From positions 1,184,001 to 1,248,000 of the forward strand of contig JBGANV010000001.1 of the NCBI GenBank assembly GCA_044222185.1: a stretch of 64,000 nucleotides of DNA. The letters run 5' to 3'. The stretch comes from Planctomycetota bacterium. Lineage in GTDB: Bacteria > Planctomycetota > GCA-002687715 > CAIWVZ01. The notes beneath the pieces are model-generated. The model was not told the origin of the DNA, made no database searches, and saw only the letters and a list, made by a program, of their open reading frames with translations. Below are positions 29,334 through 38,929 of this stretch, in pieces. A program made the position numbers and the translations under genes. Within the stretch, counting starts at the first letter, position 1, and the number at the start of each line of letters is the position of its first letter.

Positions 29334-30112
29334 TGGACCCCAACGCCTACCGGGAGTTTCGTGACTTCGAGACCACACATTGGTGGTTCATCGGCCGTCA
29401 CTCCATCTTCCGGCACCTGTTCGAGCAGAAGGTCCTGCCTGGACTCGGCTCGAAGCCCGGCGAACTCCGCTCGTTCGACCTGGGTTGCGGAATGGGCGCG
29501 ACGCTCGGGATGCTCAGGGCGTTCGGCTCCGCGTCAGGCTCGGACATCGAGCCCGAAGCCGTGCGGCACTGCCGGAGCCGCGGCTTCGCTCGAACCCTCG
29601 TCGGCGGCGGTGAGAAGCTCCCGTTTCGGGATGCGTGTTTCGACGCGATCACGGCATTCGACACCATCGAACACATCCCCGACGATCTCGCCGCCGTGCG
29701 GGAGTGTCTGCGCGTCCTGCGTCCCGGCGGCCGGATGTTCGTCTCCGGTCCCGCGTACCAGTTCCTCTACGCACACCAGGACCGCGTCGTCCACCATCAG
29801 CGCCGGTACACGACGACGCGGATGCGCCGGCTCTTCGAATCGGCGGGCTTCCAGGTGGAGAAGGCGTCGTACATCAACTTCTTCCTGTTCCCGCTGATCC
29901 TCCCCGCCGTGCTCCTGATCAAACTGAAGGAGCGCCTGCGGCCGCCGCCTCCGACGCAGAACACCTCGAACGTGTCGGTCCCCATCGCCGGTTGGATCAA
30001 CAAGACGCTCGCGGCGATCTTCAGCTTCGAGCGTCACGTCCTCGCGCGGATTTCGGTACCCTTCGGGCATTCGCTGATCCTCATCGCCCGAAAACCGATC
30101 CCGCCGAAATGA
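29333..30112 (+). CDS. Class I SAM methyltransferase
   Basis: ETTHWWF.GR, DLGCGMG, DTIEHI.DD, HHQRRY, PFG.S; TGATG overlap with upstream gene. Confidence 0.9.
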   Translation: MDPNAYREFRDFETTHWWFIGRHSIFRHLFEQKVLPGLGSKPGELRSFDLGCGMGATLGMLRAFGSASGSDIEPEAVRHCRSRGFARTLVGGGEKLPFRDACFDAITAFDTIEHIPDDLAAVRECLRVLRPGGRMFVSGPAYQFLYAHQDRVVHHQRRYTTTRMRRLFESAGFQVEKASYINFFLFPLILPAVLLIKLKERLRPPPPTQNTSNVSVPIAGWINKTLAAIFSFERHVLARISVPFGHSLILIARKPIPPK

Positions 30113-32760
30113 CGCTCAAGAACCTCGCCTTCCCCGTCATCGCCGCTGCGTGCATCGCCAGCTGGGCCGGCTGGGTGTCATCGTCCGATCGGGTGTTCCT
30201 CCCAAGGCATCCGGCGGCCCGAGACCTTCCTTGGTCCGGGGTTGCGCGGCTTCACGAGGTGGGACTGAAGGAGCCGTTCAACCGTGCGATGACGGACCCG
30301 ATCAACCTCCTCTACCCGGATGTGGTGTTCGACCACTCGGAGAAGCAGGGCGGACGGCTCCCGTTTTGGAATCCCAACGTGCTGTGCGGGGTCCCGCAGC
30401 TCGCCAACCCCCTCAGCGCCGCGCTGTACCCGCCGTCGTTCGCATGGCTGGGACTGCATCCGCTCGACTCCATGCTGGCGTCCGCGGCGTTGCACGTCTA
30501 TCTGGCGGCTCTCGGCGCGTTCGTGTTCTTCCGGGCGGCGGGATTCCGAGCAAGTGCGGCATCGATCGGCGGAGCCGCCTTCGCGTTGTCGGGGTGGATG
30601 ACGGCGCACCTGCACAATACGCAGCTCGTCGCCGTGGCCGCGTGGGTCCCGTGGGGCCTGGCTGGCGTGGAATGGGCCATCGGAAACCGCCGTCGACTCG
30701 GCGCCCTCGCCGTCGCTGCGTCGATCACGCTTCAATGGCTCGCCGGCTTTCCGCAATTCGCCGTGTACGGGACGCTCGCCATCGCGATCCACGCAGCCGT
30801 AGCGCTCGCCGTCAGCCTCGTGCGAGACGGTCGCCGTGCGGCGGTCGGTCGCGCGGCACTGCTCGCGTCGGCGGGGTTGATCGGCCTCGCCTGGGCGGCG
30901 CCGCAGATCCTGCCGAGCCACGAGTTGTTCACGCGGTCGGGCCGCGCCCAGGATGCCGTCGAGGGCCCGTTCCAAAGCCGCCTGCGCCCGGGCGCCCTCA
31001 CCGGTCTCGCACTGCCGTTCTGGTTCGGCGATCCCTTCGAGGCCTCGATCACCCAGACGCCGGAGGGCGGCGACCCGGACCACTCGGCTCGCTGGCAGGT
31101 GGCTCGATTGGTTCTCGGGGACGACACGCAAAACGGTGTGGTGATCGACGGGATCAACGGCTTCGGCGAGCGTGCCATGTACCCGGGAACCGTCATCCTC
31201 GTCCTGGCCGTGTTGGGCATTTGCGGCCGACCCACGCGGATCTCCATCTCGGCCATCGCAACGGTCGGCGCAGGCCTCGTGCTCGCGCTCGCCCTCCCAA
31301 TCCCGCGCCCGCTCCTCGCCCTCCTCGGCCTCGAGCGCGCGACGGCCGCGCGTGCGATCCTGCTTCTCGCCACGTCCATCCCGATTCTCGCGACGATCGC
31401 GCTCGACCGGATCGCGGCGGCGACGGTCGGTGCGGCGTCGTCGGGACGCGGCACCCTCTGGGTCTTCCGTGTCGTCGCCGCCGTGGGAATCGCCGCCTGC
31501 ATCGCCGCGTGGACCATGCCCGAGCCGGTGATGGTGGCCATCATCGACTGGCTGAAACGCATCGGTGCGGACGCCAGGCTGGGCGTGAAGGCGACGACGC
31601 CCGAGTACGTGGCGGCATTTCGCCCCGCGTTCGATCGACTCCGCGAGGACCTGACTCGCGGTTGCGGCTTCGCCGTGGCGGCCGCGTTCGCGATCGACGT
31701 GCTCCTGAGACCCGCGCGCGTGCGCGCCGTCGGCTGGATCATCCTCACCGCGTCCGTCTGCGTGGACCTCGGTTGGTTCTTCGCTCGGTCGGTCCGACCG
31801 ATCCATCGCCAGGGCGCCTACGAGGTCACCCCCGCGATTTCCGCGATCCCGCGCACCACTCCGCATGACGCGCGATCCATGCGGTTCGCCCGGATCAGCG
31901 AGGATGCAGCCCTCGTCCTCGCCGAGAAGGACGCGCTCGTCCCTCCCAACGTAGGTCTCGTGTTCGGGCTCCCGGACGCCCAGGGTTACCGCGAACTCAT
32001 CGACGCGGGGCGACTTGCCGACGCTGCGTTGACGAGTCCGCTCGTGCGGTCGTTCGGCATCTCCGGACTGACGCTCGAGTCGGTCCGATCACCGCTCGTT
32101 GACGTCACGGGAATCCGGTTCCTCCTCGCCGCGCGTCCCATGGAGTCCCGCGCGGAGGCGTTCCGTGCGAGCGGGCTCGTTCGGGTGTTCCCGCCCCCCA
32201 CGGATTCCCGAGCGACCCCCGAGATCTACGTCTATGAGAACCGTCGCGCGTTCGACGGCGTCTTCCTCGTACATGAGGCGACCGACACGTCGACTCTCCC
32301 TGGCAAGCCCGCCCCCGCGCATGCGATCCACGACGGAACGATCGATGCGACGACGACGGCCGCCTTCGACGGGAAGCCGCCGCCGTTCGCCCCGGGCGCA
32401 GCATCGAATGAGAAGGACGGAATCGTCGTCGTCGACCGGCGGCCCGGCACCTGGGAACTGGCCGTCACCCTGGCATCGGACGGATTCGTCCTCGTCAACG
32501 AGACCTTCGATCCTGGCTGGACGGCCGCGCGCGATGACGGCGTGGGCGGCGAACTCCCGATCGCGCGCGCCGACGGCTCGCTCATGGCCGTCGCATTGGG
32601 TCGCGGGTCGCACCGCTTGAGCCTGCGCTACCGTCCCCCGCGATTCACCCTCGGAGTGGTGCTCGCCGCCATCGCGGCGCTCGCCATGGGCGCCTGCCTG
32701 ATCCTGAACAGACCGCGGGCCGACGCGGACGCGGCACCGCGACCGGAGCCCGCCACATGA
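30109..32760 (+). CDS. YfhO-like GT-C membrane glycosyltransferase
   Basis: D...LYP, LPFWNP..CG.P.LANP....LYP, many TM helices, C-terminal ETFDPGW.A and LRYRP; start ATG 30109. Confidence 0.85.
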   Translation: MTLKNLAFPVIAAACIASWAGWVSSSDRVFLPRHPAARDLPWSGVARLHEVGLKEPFNRAMTDPINLLYPDVVFDHSEKQGGRLPFWNPNVLCGVPQLANPLSAALYPPSFAWLGLHPLDSMLASAALHVYLAALGAFVFFRAAGFRASAASIGGAAFALSGWMTAHLHNTQLVAVAAWVPWGLAGVEWAIGNRRRLGALAVAASITLQWLAGFPQFAVYGTLAIAIHAAVALAVSLVRDGRRAAVGRAALLASAGLIGLAWAAPQILPSHELFTRSGRAQDAVEGPFQSRLRPGALTGLALPFWFGDPFEASITQTPEGGDPDHSARWQVARLVLGDDTQNGVVIDGINGFGERAMYPGTVILVLAVLGICGRPTRISISAIATVGAGLVLALALPIPRPLLALLGLERATAARAILLLATSIPILATIALDRIAAATVGAASSGRGTLWVFRVVAAVGIAACIAAWTMPEPVMVAIIDWLKRIGADARLGVKATTPEYVAAFRPAFDRLREDLTRGCGFAVAAAFAIDVLLRPARVRAVGWIILTASVCVDLGWFFARSVRPIHRQGAYEVTPAISAIPRTTPHDARSMRFARISEDAALVLAEKDALVPPNVGLVFGLPDAQGYRELIDAGRLADAALTSPLVRSFGISGLTLESVRSPLVDVTGIRFLLAARPMESRAEAFRASGLVRVFPPPTDSRATPEIYVYENRRAFDGVFLVHEATDTSTLPGKPAPAHAIHDGTIDATTTAAFDGKPPPFAPGAASNEKDGIVVVDRRPGTWELAVTLASDGFVLVNETFDPGWTAARDDGVGGELPIARADGSLMAVALGRGSHRLSLRYRPPRFTLGVVLAAIAALAMGACLILNRPRADADAAPRPEPAT

Positions 32761-35252
32761 CGGTGCGGGCCGGGCTCGCAGCGGTCGTCGTCTTCTCGAT
32801 CGCGTGTTTCCTGCCGCACCTTTCCCGGGGCCTCGGCCTTCGCGGCGCGACCGAGTCGGTCGTTCCGCCTTGGTCCGCCGTCCCTGTGGAAGCGAACCTC
32901 GACGCCTCGGCGACCGACGCACTCATCTACAGCTACCCGAATCTCGTGCACTGGCAGCGCGCGGTCGCCGGGGATTGGACCGGCCTGTTCTGGAACCCGC
33001 ACCTGTTCTGCGGGACTCCGTTCCTGGCGACTCTCGACACGTGTGCGCTCTATCCGACGAACGCCCTCTCGCTCGTGCTTCCCCCCGGGGCGTTCCTTCT
33101 GGCAGTCGCCTTGATCCACGTGCTCCTCGCGAACGTCGGCGCGTATCTCGCATTGCTGCGCCTCCGGATCAGACCATCCTCCGCGCTCCTCGGTGCCTGT
33201 GCATTCGGTGCATCGCCGTGGTTCCTCGCGCATCTCGACGTCGTCAACTTCCCACAAGCGGCCGCGTGGCTGCCGTGGATGGCGTTGTTCGCCGACCGCC
33301 TCCTCGCCGACGGCCGCGTACGAGACGCCGCCGGCCTCGCCGCATGCCTCGCAGTCTCGATCCTCGGTGGGATGATCCAGATCACCGGCATCGCAGTCGT
33401 GTGCGTCCTGATGCTCGCGGCCGCGCGCGTCGTGACCATCTCGGCTCACGGTGGGCGCCGACGCGCGGCCCTGCGTGTCGCAGCGGCGATCCTGGCGGGC
33501 CTGGCCCTCGCCGCGCCGCAGCTCGCGCCGACCGTCGAGCATGGTTGGGACGCCCCGCGCGTCACGACGAGCGCGGGCGACGCCCTTCGCTTCGCGCACC
33601 GCCCGCTCGAGTGGCTCCAGCTCCTCTACCCCGAGATCCTGGGCACGCCCGCGGACCTCAGCCGATTCGGCGCGGGCAGCGCGCAACTTCTGACTGCGCC
33701 CAGCGAGTCCACGTATCCCCCGGCCGCGCTTGCCGGGAGTCGCGGCCCGGGCATGACGTTCACCGAGAGTGTTTGCGGCCCGGGAGTCGTCGCCCTCGCC
33801 CTCGCGCTGGCGGCGCTCGCGTCGAGCGAACGCAAACGCGCCCTCCCATTCCTGCTGCTCATCGCCATCGGTGCGCTCGCCTCGTCCGACTCGCCCCTGA
33901 CACGGCTCGTGTTCCAGATCCCGGGGTCGACCCTGGGCAATCCCAAGCGCTTCCTCCTCGCGTGCTGCGTCGGATTTGCCGGATGCGCCGCGCTGGGCGC
34001 CGAGGCCCTTGCCGATCGCCGCCGCGGGGCGCGGATCGCGGCGGTCGTTCCGGCATTCGCCATCGTCCTCTTCTGCGCCTCGATCGCCGCCGTTCCCGAT
34101 CTCGTCGAGGAGTGGCTCGCGCGAGCCGTGGGATGCGACGTCCGCTTCTGCCGTGGAGTCGCGGCCGTACTCTTGACCCAGGCCGCGCTCCCAGCGGGCG
34201 TCGCCATCGCCACGGCCGTAGTTGCACGCGCGCACCGACTCGGACCCTTCGCAGGACACGCGATTCTCGCCGGCCTCGCTCTCGTTTCCGCCGCGTCCTT
34301 CAACGCCAATCAGAACCCGGGACACGCCGAACGCCGCCTCTTCCCATCGACGGTCACGACGCGGTACATCGCGGCTCGCGCAAACCGCAGCGACGACGTG
34401 TCGCCGTTCCGTGCGGCGGCGACGACGCCGTTCCGGATCGCCCGCTTCCGCGGGGCTACGGCGCGCGTCCCGGCTCCGCTTCCTCCGAACACGGCGATCC
34501 TCTTCGGTTTCCGCGACCTTCAAGGCTATGAAGGGCTCGTCCCACCGCGGCTCGAGGAACTCCTCACTCGACTCCAGGCTGACGTCGTCTTCGAACACCA
34601 CATGGTGCGCGAATGGTCCGACGCCCGCGTCCTCGCGAAGCCCGTGTTCCACTTCCTCGGGGTTCGCCTCGTGCTCAGTTCGAACGACGAGGTTCCCGGC
34701 CTTCCGACGAGCACGCTGGTCCCCGAGGAGAACGTGGGGGTTTTCGAGAACTGGTCCGCTCGCCCCCTCGCATCGTGCGTGACGTCCGTGCGTACCTTCG
34801 AGTCCGACCCCGCGCTCCTCGACGCGCTGGTGGGCGACGAATTCCTCCCCGGCCGCGAGGTTCTCGTGCTCGCGCAGGACGCGTCGGCGCTTCATTCCAA
34901 GCCGCAAGCCGGCGGTGTCGATAGTCAACCGGCGGCACCAACCGTTCGCTGGAAGCAAACCAGTGCCGGCGTGATCGATCTCTCCTGGGAGGGCGACCTG
35001 CCCGGGCCACTCGTCGTGGCGGAATCGTTCTCACCGGGGTGGCGTGCCGAGACTCCCGATGGTGCGAGCGTGAAGATCCTGCGTGCGAATCACGCTTTCA
35101 TGGCCATGACCGTCCCTGCGGGCTCCCGCTCACTGACCCTTCATTACGTTCCGCGCGCGTTCTTCCTGGGCCTCGGCATCGCGTGCCTCGGGCTCGGGGC
35201 GCTCGGGCTCAGTGGTATTCTCTCGCACCGCCGCTCGCGACGGTCCCTCTGA
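32757..35252 (+). CDS. YfhO-like GT-C membrane glycosyltransferase (tandem paralog)
   Basis: WNPHLFCGTPF, LYP, QGYE, ESFSPGWRA, RANHAFMA, LHYVP. Confidence 0.85.
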   Translation: MTVRAGLAAVVVFSIACFLPHLSRGLGLRGATESVVPPWSAVPVEANLDASATDALIYSYPNLVHWQRAVAGDWTGLFWNPHLFCGTPFLATLDTCALYPTNALSLVLPPGAFLLAVALIHVLLANVGAYLALLRLRIRPSSALLGACAFGASPWFLAHLDVVNFPQAAAWLPWMALFADRLLADGRVRDAAGLAACLAVSILGGMIQITGIAVVCVLMLAAARVVTISAHGGRRRAALRVAAAILAGLALAAPQLAPTVEHGWDAPRVTTSAGDALRFAHRPLEWLQLLYPEILGTPADLSRFGAGSAQLLTAPSESTYPPAALAGSRGPGMTFTESVCGPGVVALALALAALASSERKRALPFLLLIAIGALASSDSPLTRLVFQIPGSTLGNPKRFLLACCVGFAGCAALGAEALADRRRGARIAAVVPAFAIVLFCASIAAVPDLVEEWLARAVGCDVRFCRGVAAVLLTQAALPAGVAIATAVVARAHRLGPFAGHAILAGLALVSAASFNANQNPGHAERRLFPSTVTTRYIAARANRSDDVSPFRAAATTPFRIARFRGATARVPAPLPPNTAILFGFRDLQGYEGLVPPRLEELLTRLQADVVFEHHMVREWSDARVLAKPVFHFLGVRLVLSSNDEVPGLPTSTLVPEENVGVFENWSARPLASCVTSVRTFESDPALLDALVGDEFLPGREVLVLAQDASALHSKPQAGGVDSQPAAPTVRWKQTSAGVIDLSWEGDLPGPLVVAESFSPGWRAETPDGASVKILRANHAFMAMTVPAGSRSLTLHYVPRAFFLGLGIACLGLGALGLSGILSHRRSRRSL

Positions 35253-35254
35253 TC

Positions 35255-36037
35255 ATGCACGCGCAATGGAAGGTTTCCGTGATCGTCCCGGCCTACAACG
35301 AAGAGGCCACGATCGCCGAGGTGGTCCGCGACTTCCGCGCTCACCCTTCAGTCGACGAAGTCGTCGTCGTCGACAACAACTGCCGTGACGCAACGGCCGA
35401 ACGCGCTCGGTCGGCGGGCGCGCGTGTCGTCCAGGAGTCCGCGCCGGGCTATGGGTGCGCGCTTCGGCGCGGCTTGGACGAAGCGACGGGCGACTTCCTC
35501 GTGCTCGTGGAGGCGGACGGCTCGTTTCGGGCTCACGACCTGGACAAGTTCCTCTGCTACCTCCCCGACTGTCATCTGGCACTCGGCACGCGGACCACGC
35601 GCCAGATGGTGCAGCAGGGCGCCAACATGGACTTCCTCCTGCGATGGGGGAACGTCGCGGCGGCGAAGATCCTCGAACTCTTGTGGTACATCCCGAACGA
35701 ACCACGAATCACGGACGTTGGTTGCACGTATCGGGCCCTGCATCGCGATGCATGGGCCCTCATCCGCGACGGCCTCACCTGCGCAGGCCCGGCGTTCTCG
35801 CCGGAGATGATCTGCGAGACCTTGAGGCATGGACTCCGGGTCATCGAGATCCCGGTGCACTACTTCAACCGGGCCGGCGGCGAATCGAAGCACAGCAAAG
35901 GGCTCCCGCAAATCATCAAAACCGGACTGCGGATGATGCGCGCCATCATCCGCAAGAGGTTCGAAAGCCGTCCCGCCGCTGAGAGACTCGCCCGCGCGGC
36001 TTCGCTGGCGACTCCAGGGCAAACTTCGCCGCCGTGA
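35255..36037 (+). CDS. GT2 polyprenol-phosphate glycosyltransferase-like (DPM1/GtrB type)
   Basis: IVPAYNEE, VVDNN, GYG.ALR.G, EADGS, GTR, TDVGCTYR, EIPV.Y..R.GG.SK. Confidence 0.88.
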   Translation: MHAQWKVSVIVPAYNEEATIAEVVRDFRAHPSVDEVVVVDNNCRDATAERARSAGARVVQESAPGYGCALRRGLDEATGDFLVLVEADGSFRAHDLDKFLCYLPDCHLALGTRTTRQMVQQGANMDFLLRWGNVAAAKILELLWYIPNEPRITDVGCTYRALHRDAWALIRDGLTCAGPAFSPEMICETLRHGLRVIEIPVHYFNRAGGESKHSKGLPQIIKTGLRMMRAIIRKRFESRPAAERLARAASLATPGQTSPP

Positions 36038-36042
36038 GGCCC

Positions 36043-36069
36043 TTGACATCCCAATGGGTGAGGTACGCT
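36043..36069 (+). promoter_or_regulatory. Putative sigma70 promoter, leaderless transcript
   Basis: TTGACA-N15-TACGCT, 7 nt before ATG 36077; spacer is short. Confidence 0.45.
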
Positions 36070-36076
36070 TCCGGGC

Positions 36077-37534
36077 ATGCCGTTTCCTAGCCCTCGGCGC
36101 GCCGCTCGGCGCTCCGGGATCTGCCTCCTCGCCCTCGTCATCTCGACAGTAGTTTCAGCGCAGTCCGCAAGCGGACTCGTGTTGCAGCCGGGCTACAAGT
36201 CCGCCATCTACGCAGGGCCGTTTCCGGACCTCGTGACGTCGATGACTCAGGACCCGCAGGGGCACGTCTACGTCGGGATGATCGGCGGGTGCATCCACCG
36301 TCTGACCGACTACAACCAGGACGGAATCGTCGACTCGACGAACGTGTTCTTCACCAGCGGTGGAACGTTTTCGTCGCTGACGGACATCCTCTGGATCGGG
36401 ACCAAGCTCTACGCAAGCCATCTGGGCACCGTCTCCACGCTGGAAGACACGAACAACGACGGTGTCGCCGACGTCGTCGCGACCATCGTCACGAACCTGC
36501 CCATCGGGTTCCACCAGAACAACGGTCTGCTCCAGGATGGCCCCAATCACCTCCTGATCTGCAGTGGATCGTGCACGGACATCGGGCCCGAGACGAACCC
36601 GATCAGCGCGGCGATCCTCCGCTGCGGGCTCGACGGGTCGAACCTCACCGTGTGGGCCACGGGCGTCCGCAACACGTTCCGCCTCGCGCGCCACCCGGCC
36701 ACCGGCGAAGTCTTCGGCGGCGACAACGAGTGGAATTCGCACCCATCGCTGCCGCTCAAAGGCGACGAGATCAACCGGATACAGCCGGGCGCCGACTACG
36801 GGTTTCCCACGTGCTTCGGGATTCCTCCGGCCGGGTCGACGTCACAACCTCCCACGGTCCAGTTCCCGCCACACGTGGCGCCGGTCGGGATGGCATTCAA
36901 CCCGAACACGATGATTTCGGGTTACCGGAACGAGCTCTACGTCGCGCTGTTCCCGCGGCCGTACATCAACGCCGTCGTGCGCGTCCCGATCTGGTATGGA
37001 CCGAGGACCGGCAACCCGGTCGGTGTCTACGACGGGTTCGCTCTCGCGTTCCAGAACCCGATCGACGTCGAATTCCTGCCCGACGGATCCATGCTCGTCG
37101 CGGACTTCACGGCGAAAGTGATTCACCGGATCACACCCATCAGCGACGCCATCGTGACGGTCGACGGAGTGCCTGAGATCGGCGGGACGTTCCCCATCCA
37201 GCTGAAGTCCGCCTCGCATCCATTCGCGACGATCATCATGGGTGCGTCCCATGCTGGTGGGCCGCCGCTTCCCCTCACGCCGCAGCTGAACCTCTACCTC
37301 GAGGCCAGTTCGCCGTTGTTGCCGTTCAGCCTCACCCCGAACAACGGGATCTTCCAGTTCCCGGCGCCGGGGCAGCTCGACGCCAATGGTGAGGCGACGG
37401 CGACCGTGTCGATCCCGAACGTCCCATCGCTCATCGGCAGCCAGTTCTTCGTCGCGTTCGTGGTCTTCGGCCCGAACATGACCATGCTCGAATCATCCCC
37501 CGAGCAGCGAATCCTCATCGTGCCGCAGTTCTGA
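36077..37534 (+). CDS. Secreted glucose/sorbosone dehydrogenase-like beta-propeller protein with C-terminal beta domain
   Basis: D.N.DG..D repeats, H.NNGL, GS, ATGVRN, DE.N.I..G.DYGFP, APVGM.F, PIDV.F.PDGS.LV.D. Confidence 0.82.
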   Translation: MPFPSPRRAARRSGICLLALVISTVVSAQSASGLVLQPGYKSAIYAGPFPDLVTSMTQDPQGHVYVGMIGGCIHRLTDYNQDGIVDSTNVFFTSGGTFSSLTDILWIGTKLYASHLGTVSTLEDTNNDGVADVVATIVTNLPIGFHQNNGLLQDGPNHLLICSGSCTDIGPETNPISAAILRCGLDGSNLTVWATGVRNTFRLARHPATGEVFGGDNEWNSHPSLPLKGDEINRIQPGADYGFPTCFGIPPAGSTSQPPTVQFPPHVAPVGMAFNPNTMISGYRNELYVALFPRPYINAVVRVPIWYGPRTGNPVGVYDGFALAFQNPIDVEFLPDGSMLVADFTAKVIHRITPISDAIVTVDGVPEIGGTFPIQLKSASHPFATIIMGASHAGGPPLPLTPQLNLYLEASSPLLPFSLTPNNGIFQFPAPGQLDANGEATATVSIPNVPSLIGSQFFVAFVVFGPNMTMLESSPEQRILIVPQF

Positions 37535-37588
37535 GGGACTGGCCTGGAGGCCGCGCGTGGGGACGCACCGCGCACGGCATGGTCCCCG

Positions 37589-37630
37589 AAAAAGAACGAG
37601 GCCCCGCGACACCGTTGTGCCGCAGGGCCT
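37589..37630 (-). terminator. Intrinsic terminator on minus strand
   Basis: Minus-strand 14-bp stem AGGCCCUGCGGCAC/GUGUCGCGGGGCCU (two G-U pairs), AACG loop, then CGUUCUUUUU. Confidence 0.75.
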
Positions 37631-37696
37631 GACGTCCATCCGCTTCTGGTCGTCCTCCCATTCGAGGGAGCGACCACGTCCCATTCGTTGCGAAAT

Positions 37697-37850
37697 GAAG
37701 GCGGACTCCGCCAGCCATTGACACCGGGGACCCTCCGTCCGAACAGGCCTGAAGCCGTGCGCATCGTTTGAGGCCACCGCGGCCCCGAACAAGATGATGT
37801 ACGCCTGCCCGAACCGGTAAGCCACTCCGGAAGCCGCAGACCCGACTTCC
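37697..37850 (-). ncRNA. Candidate 6S-like structured RNA
   Basis: Minus strand folds by eye into one long irregular hairpin with internal loops and many G-U pairs (UUCGGGCAGGC/GCCUGUUCGGA; GGGGCC/GGCCUC; GAAG/CUUC ends), followed by a minus-strand terminator between two plus-strand genes. Confidence 0.55.
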
Positions 37851-37956
37851 TCTCGCCTGACCATTCACCGGGCTCCATGCCCGAGCGACATCGAATCGCA
37901 CCAGTGTTCTCGGATGTCCTTCGCAAGAGTTGAGGGCTGATGCGAGAACGCGCGGC

Positions 37957-37985
37957 TTGACAGCGGATCCCGCGGGCGGAAGACT
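37957..37985 (+). promoter_or_regulatory. Putative sigma70 promoter, leaderless transcript
   Basis: TTGACA-N17-AAGACT, 7 nt before ATG 37993, no SD sequence. Confidence 0.5.
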
Positions 37986-37992
37986 GCCGCCC

Positions 37993-38925
37993 ATGGATGG
38001 TCTGATGGGAGTGATCCTCTCCGCGGGCAAAGGTTCGCGGATCGACCCGTTCAATACGCAGTACCCGAAGCCGCTCCTTCCCGTGGGGAACGTGCCGATC
38101 CTCGGGCACCACCTGGAACGGTTCAAATCCCTTGGCATTCGCCACGCCAAGATCGTGGTCGGACACCTGATGGATCACATCATCAACTACTACGGCCGCG
38201 GCGACGAGGTTGGGCTGGCGATCCAGTACATCGAGCAGGAACACACGCTCGGAATCGCCCACGCCGTCGGGAAGGTCGAGCCACACGTCGACGGTCCGAT
38301 CCTGCTCTGCCTCGGCGACATCTTCTATCTCACGAGTGGCATCGAGCGGCTCGTCACCAGGTTCGCCCGCGGCGACGTCGCCGGAGTCCTCGCCGTGATG
38401 GACGAGCCGGACCCGGCGTCGATGAAGAAGAACTTCTCCGTCGAATTGGACGGCAACGGTTTCGTGCGGCGCGTCGTCGAGAAGCCACGCGAGCCCAGGT
38501 CGCGCCTGAAAGGCTGCGGGATCTACCTCTTCGGCCCGCAGATCTTCGACGCCATCCGCAAGACCCCCCGCACGGCGTTGCGAGACGAATACGAGATCAC
38601 GACCTCGATCCAGCTCCTCGTCGACGACGGTCACAAGATCGCGGTGGAGTCGGTCATCGACTGGGACCTGAACGTGACGTTCCCGAAGGATCTCCTCACG
38701 GGGAACATCCACTACCTCGAGCACCTCGGCCGCGACTCGATCGTCGATCCCTCGGCCCGCGTCCACCCCGACGCGCGCATCACGCGCACGGTCGTCGGGA
38801 AGAACGTCGTCATCGATTCGCCCATCGCTCTCGACGAATGCGTCATCCTCCCGGGAAGCCGAATCACCGGTTCGGAGGGATTGCGCCGAACGATCGTCTC
38901 GCGAGACATCGTGATCAGGTGCTGA
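37993..38925 (+). CDS. Sugar-1-phosphate nucleotidyltransferase
   Basis: VILSAGKGSR..P....PKPLLPVG, EQ...LG.AHAV, LGD, VEKP, EYEIT, C-terminal hexapeptide-like region. Confidence 0.92.
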   Translation: MDGLMGVILSAGKGSRIDPFNTQYPKPLLPVGNVPILGHHLERFKSLGIRHAKIVVGHLMDHIINYYGRGDEVGLAIQYIEQEHTLGIAHAVGKVEPHVDGPILLCLGDIFYLTSGIERLVTRFARGDVAGVLAVMDEPDPASMKKNFSVELDGNGFVRRVVEKPREPRSRLKGCGIYLFGPQIFDAIRKTPRTALRDEYEITTSIQLLVDDGHKIAVESVIDWDLNVTFPKDLLTGNIHYLEHLGRDSIVDPSARVHPDARITRTVVGKNVVIDSPIALDECVILPGSRITGSEGLRRTIVSRDIVIRC

Positions 38926-38929
38926 TCCG

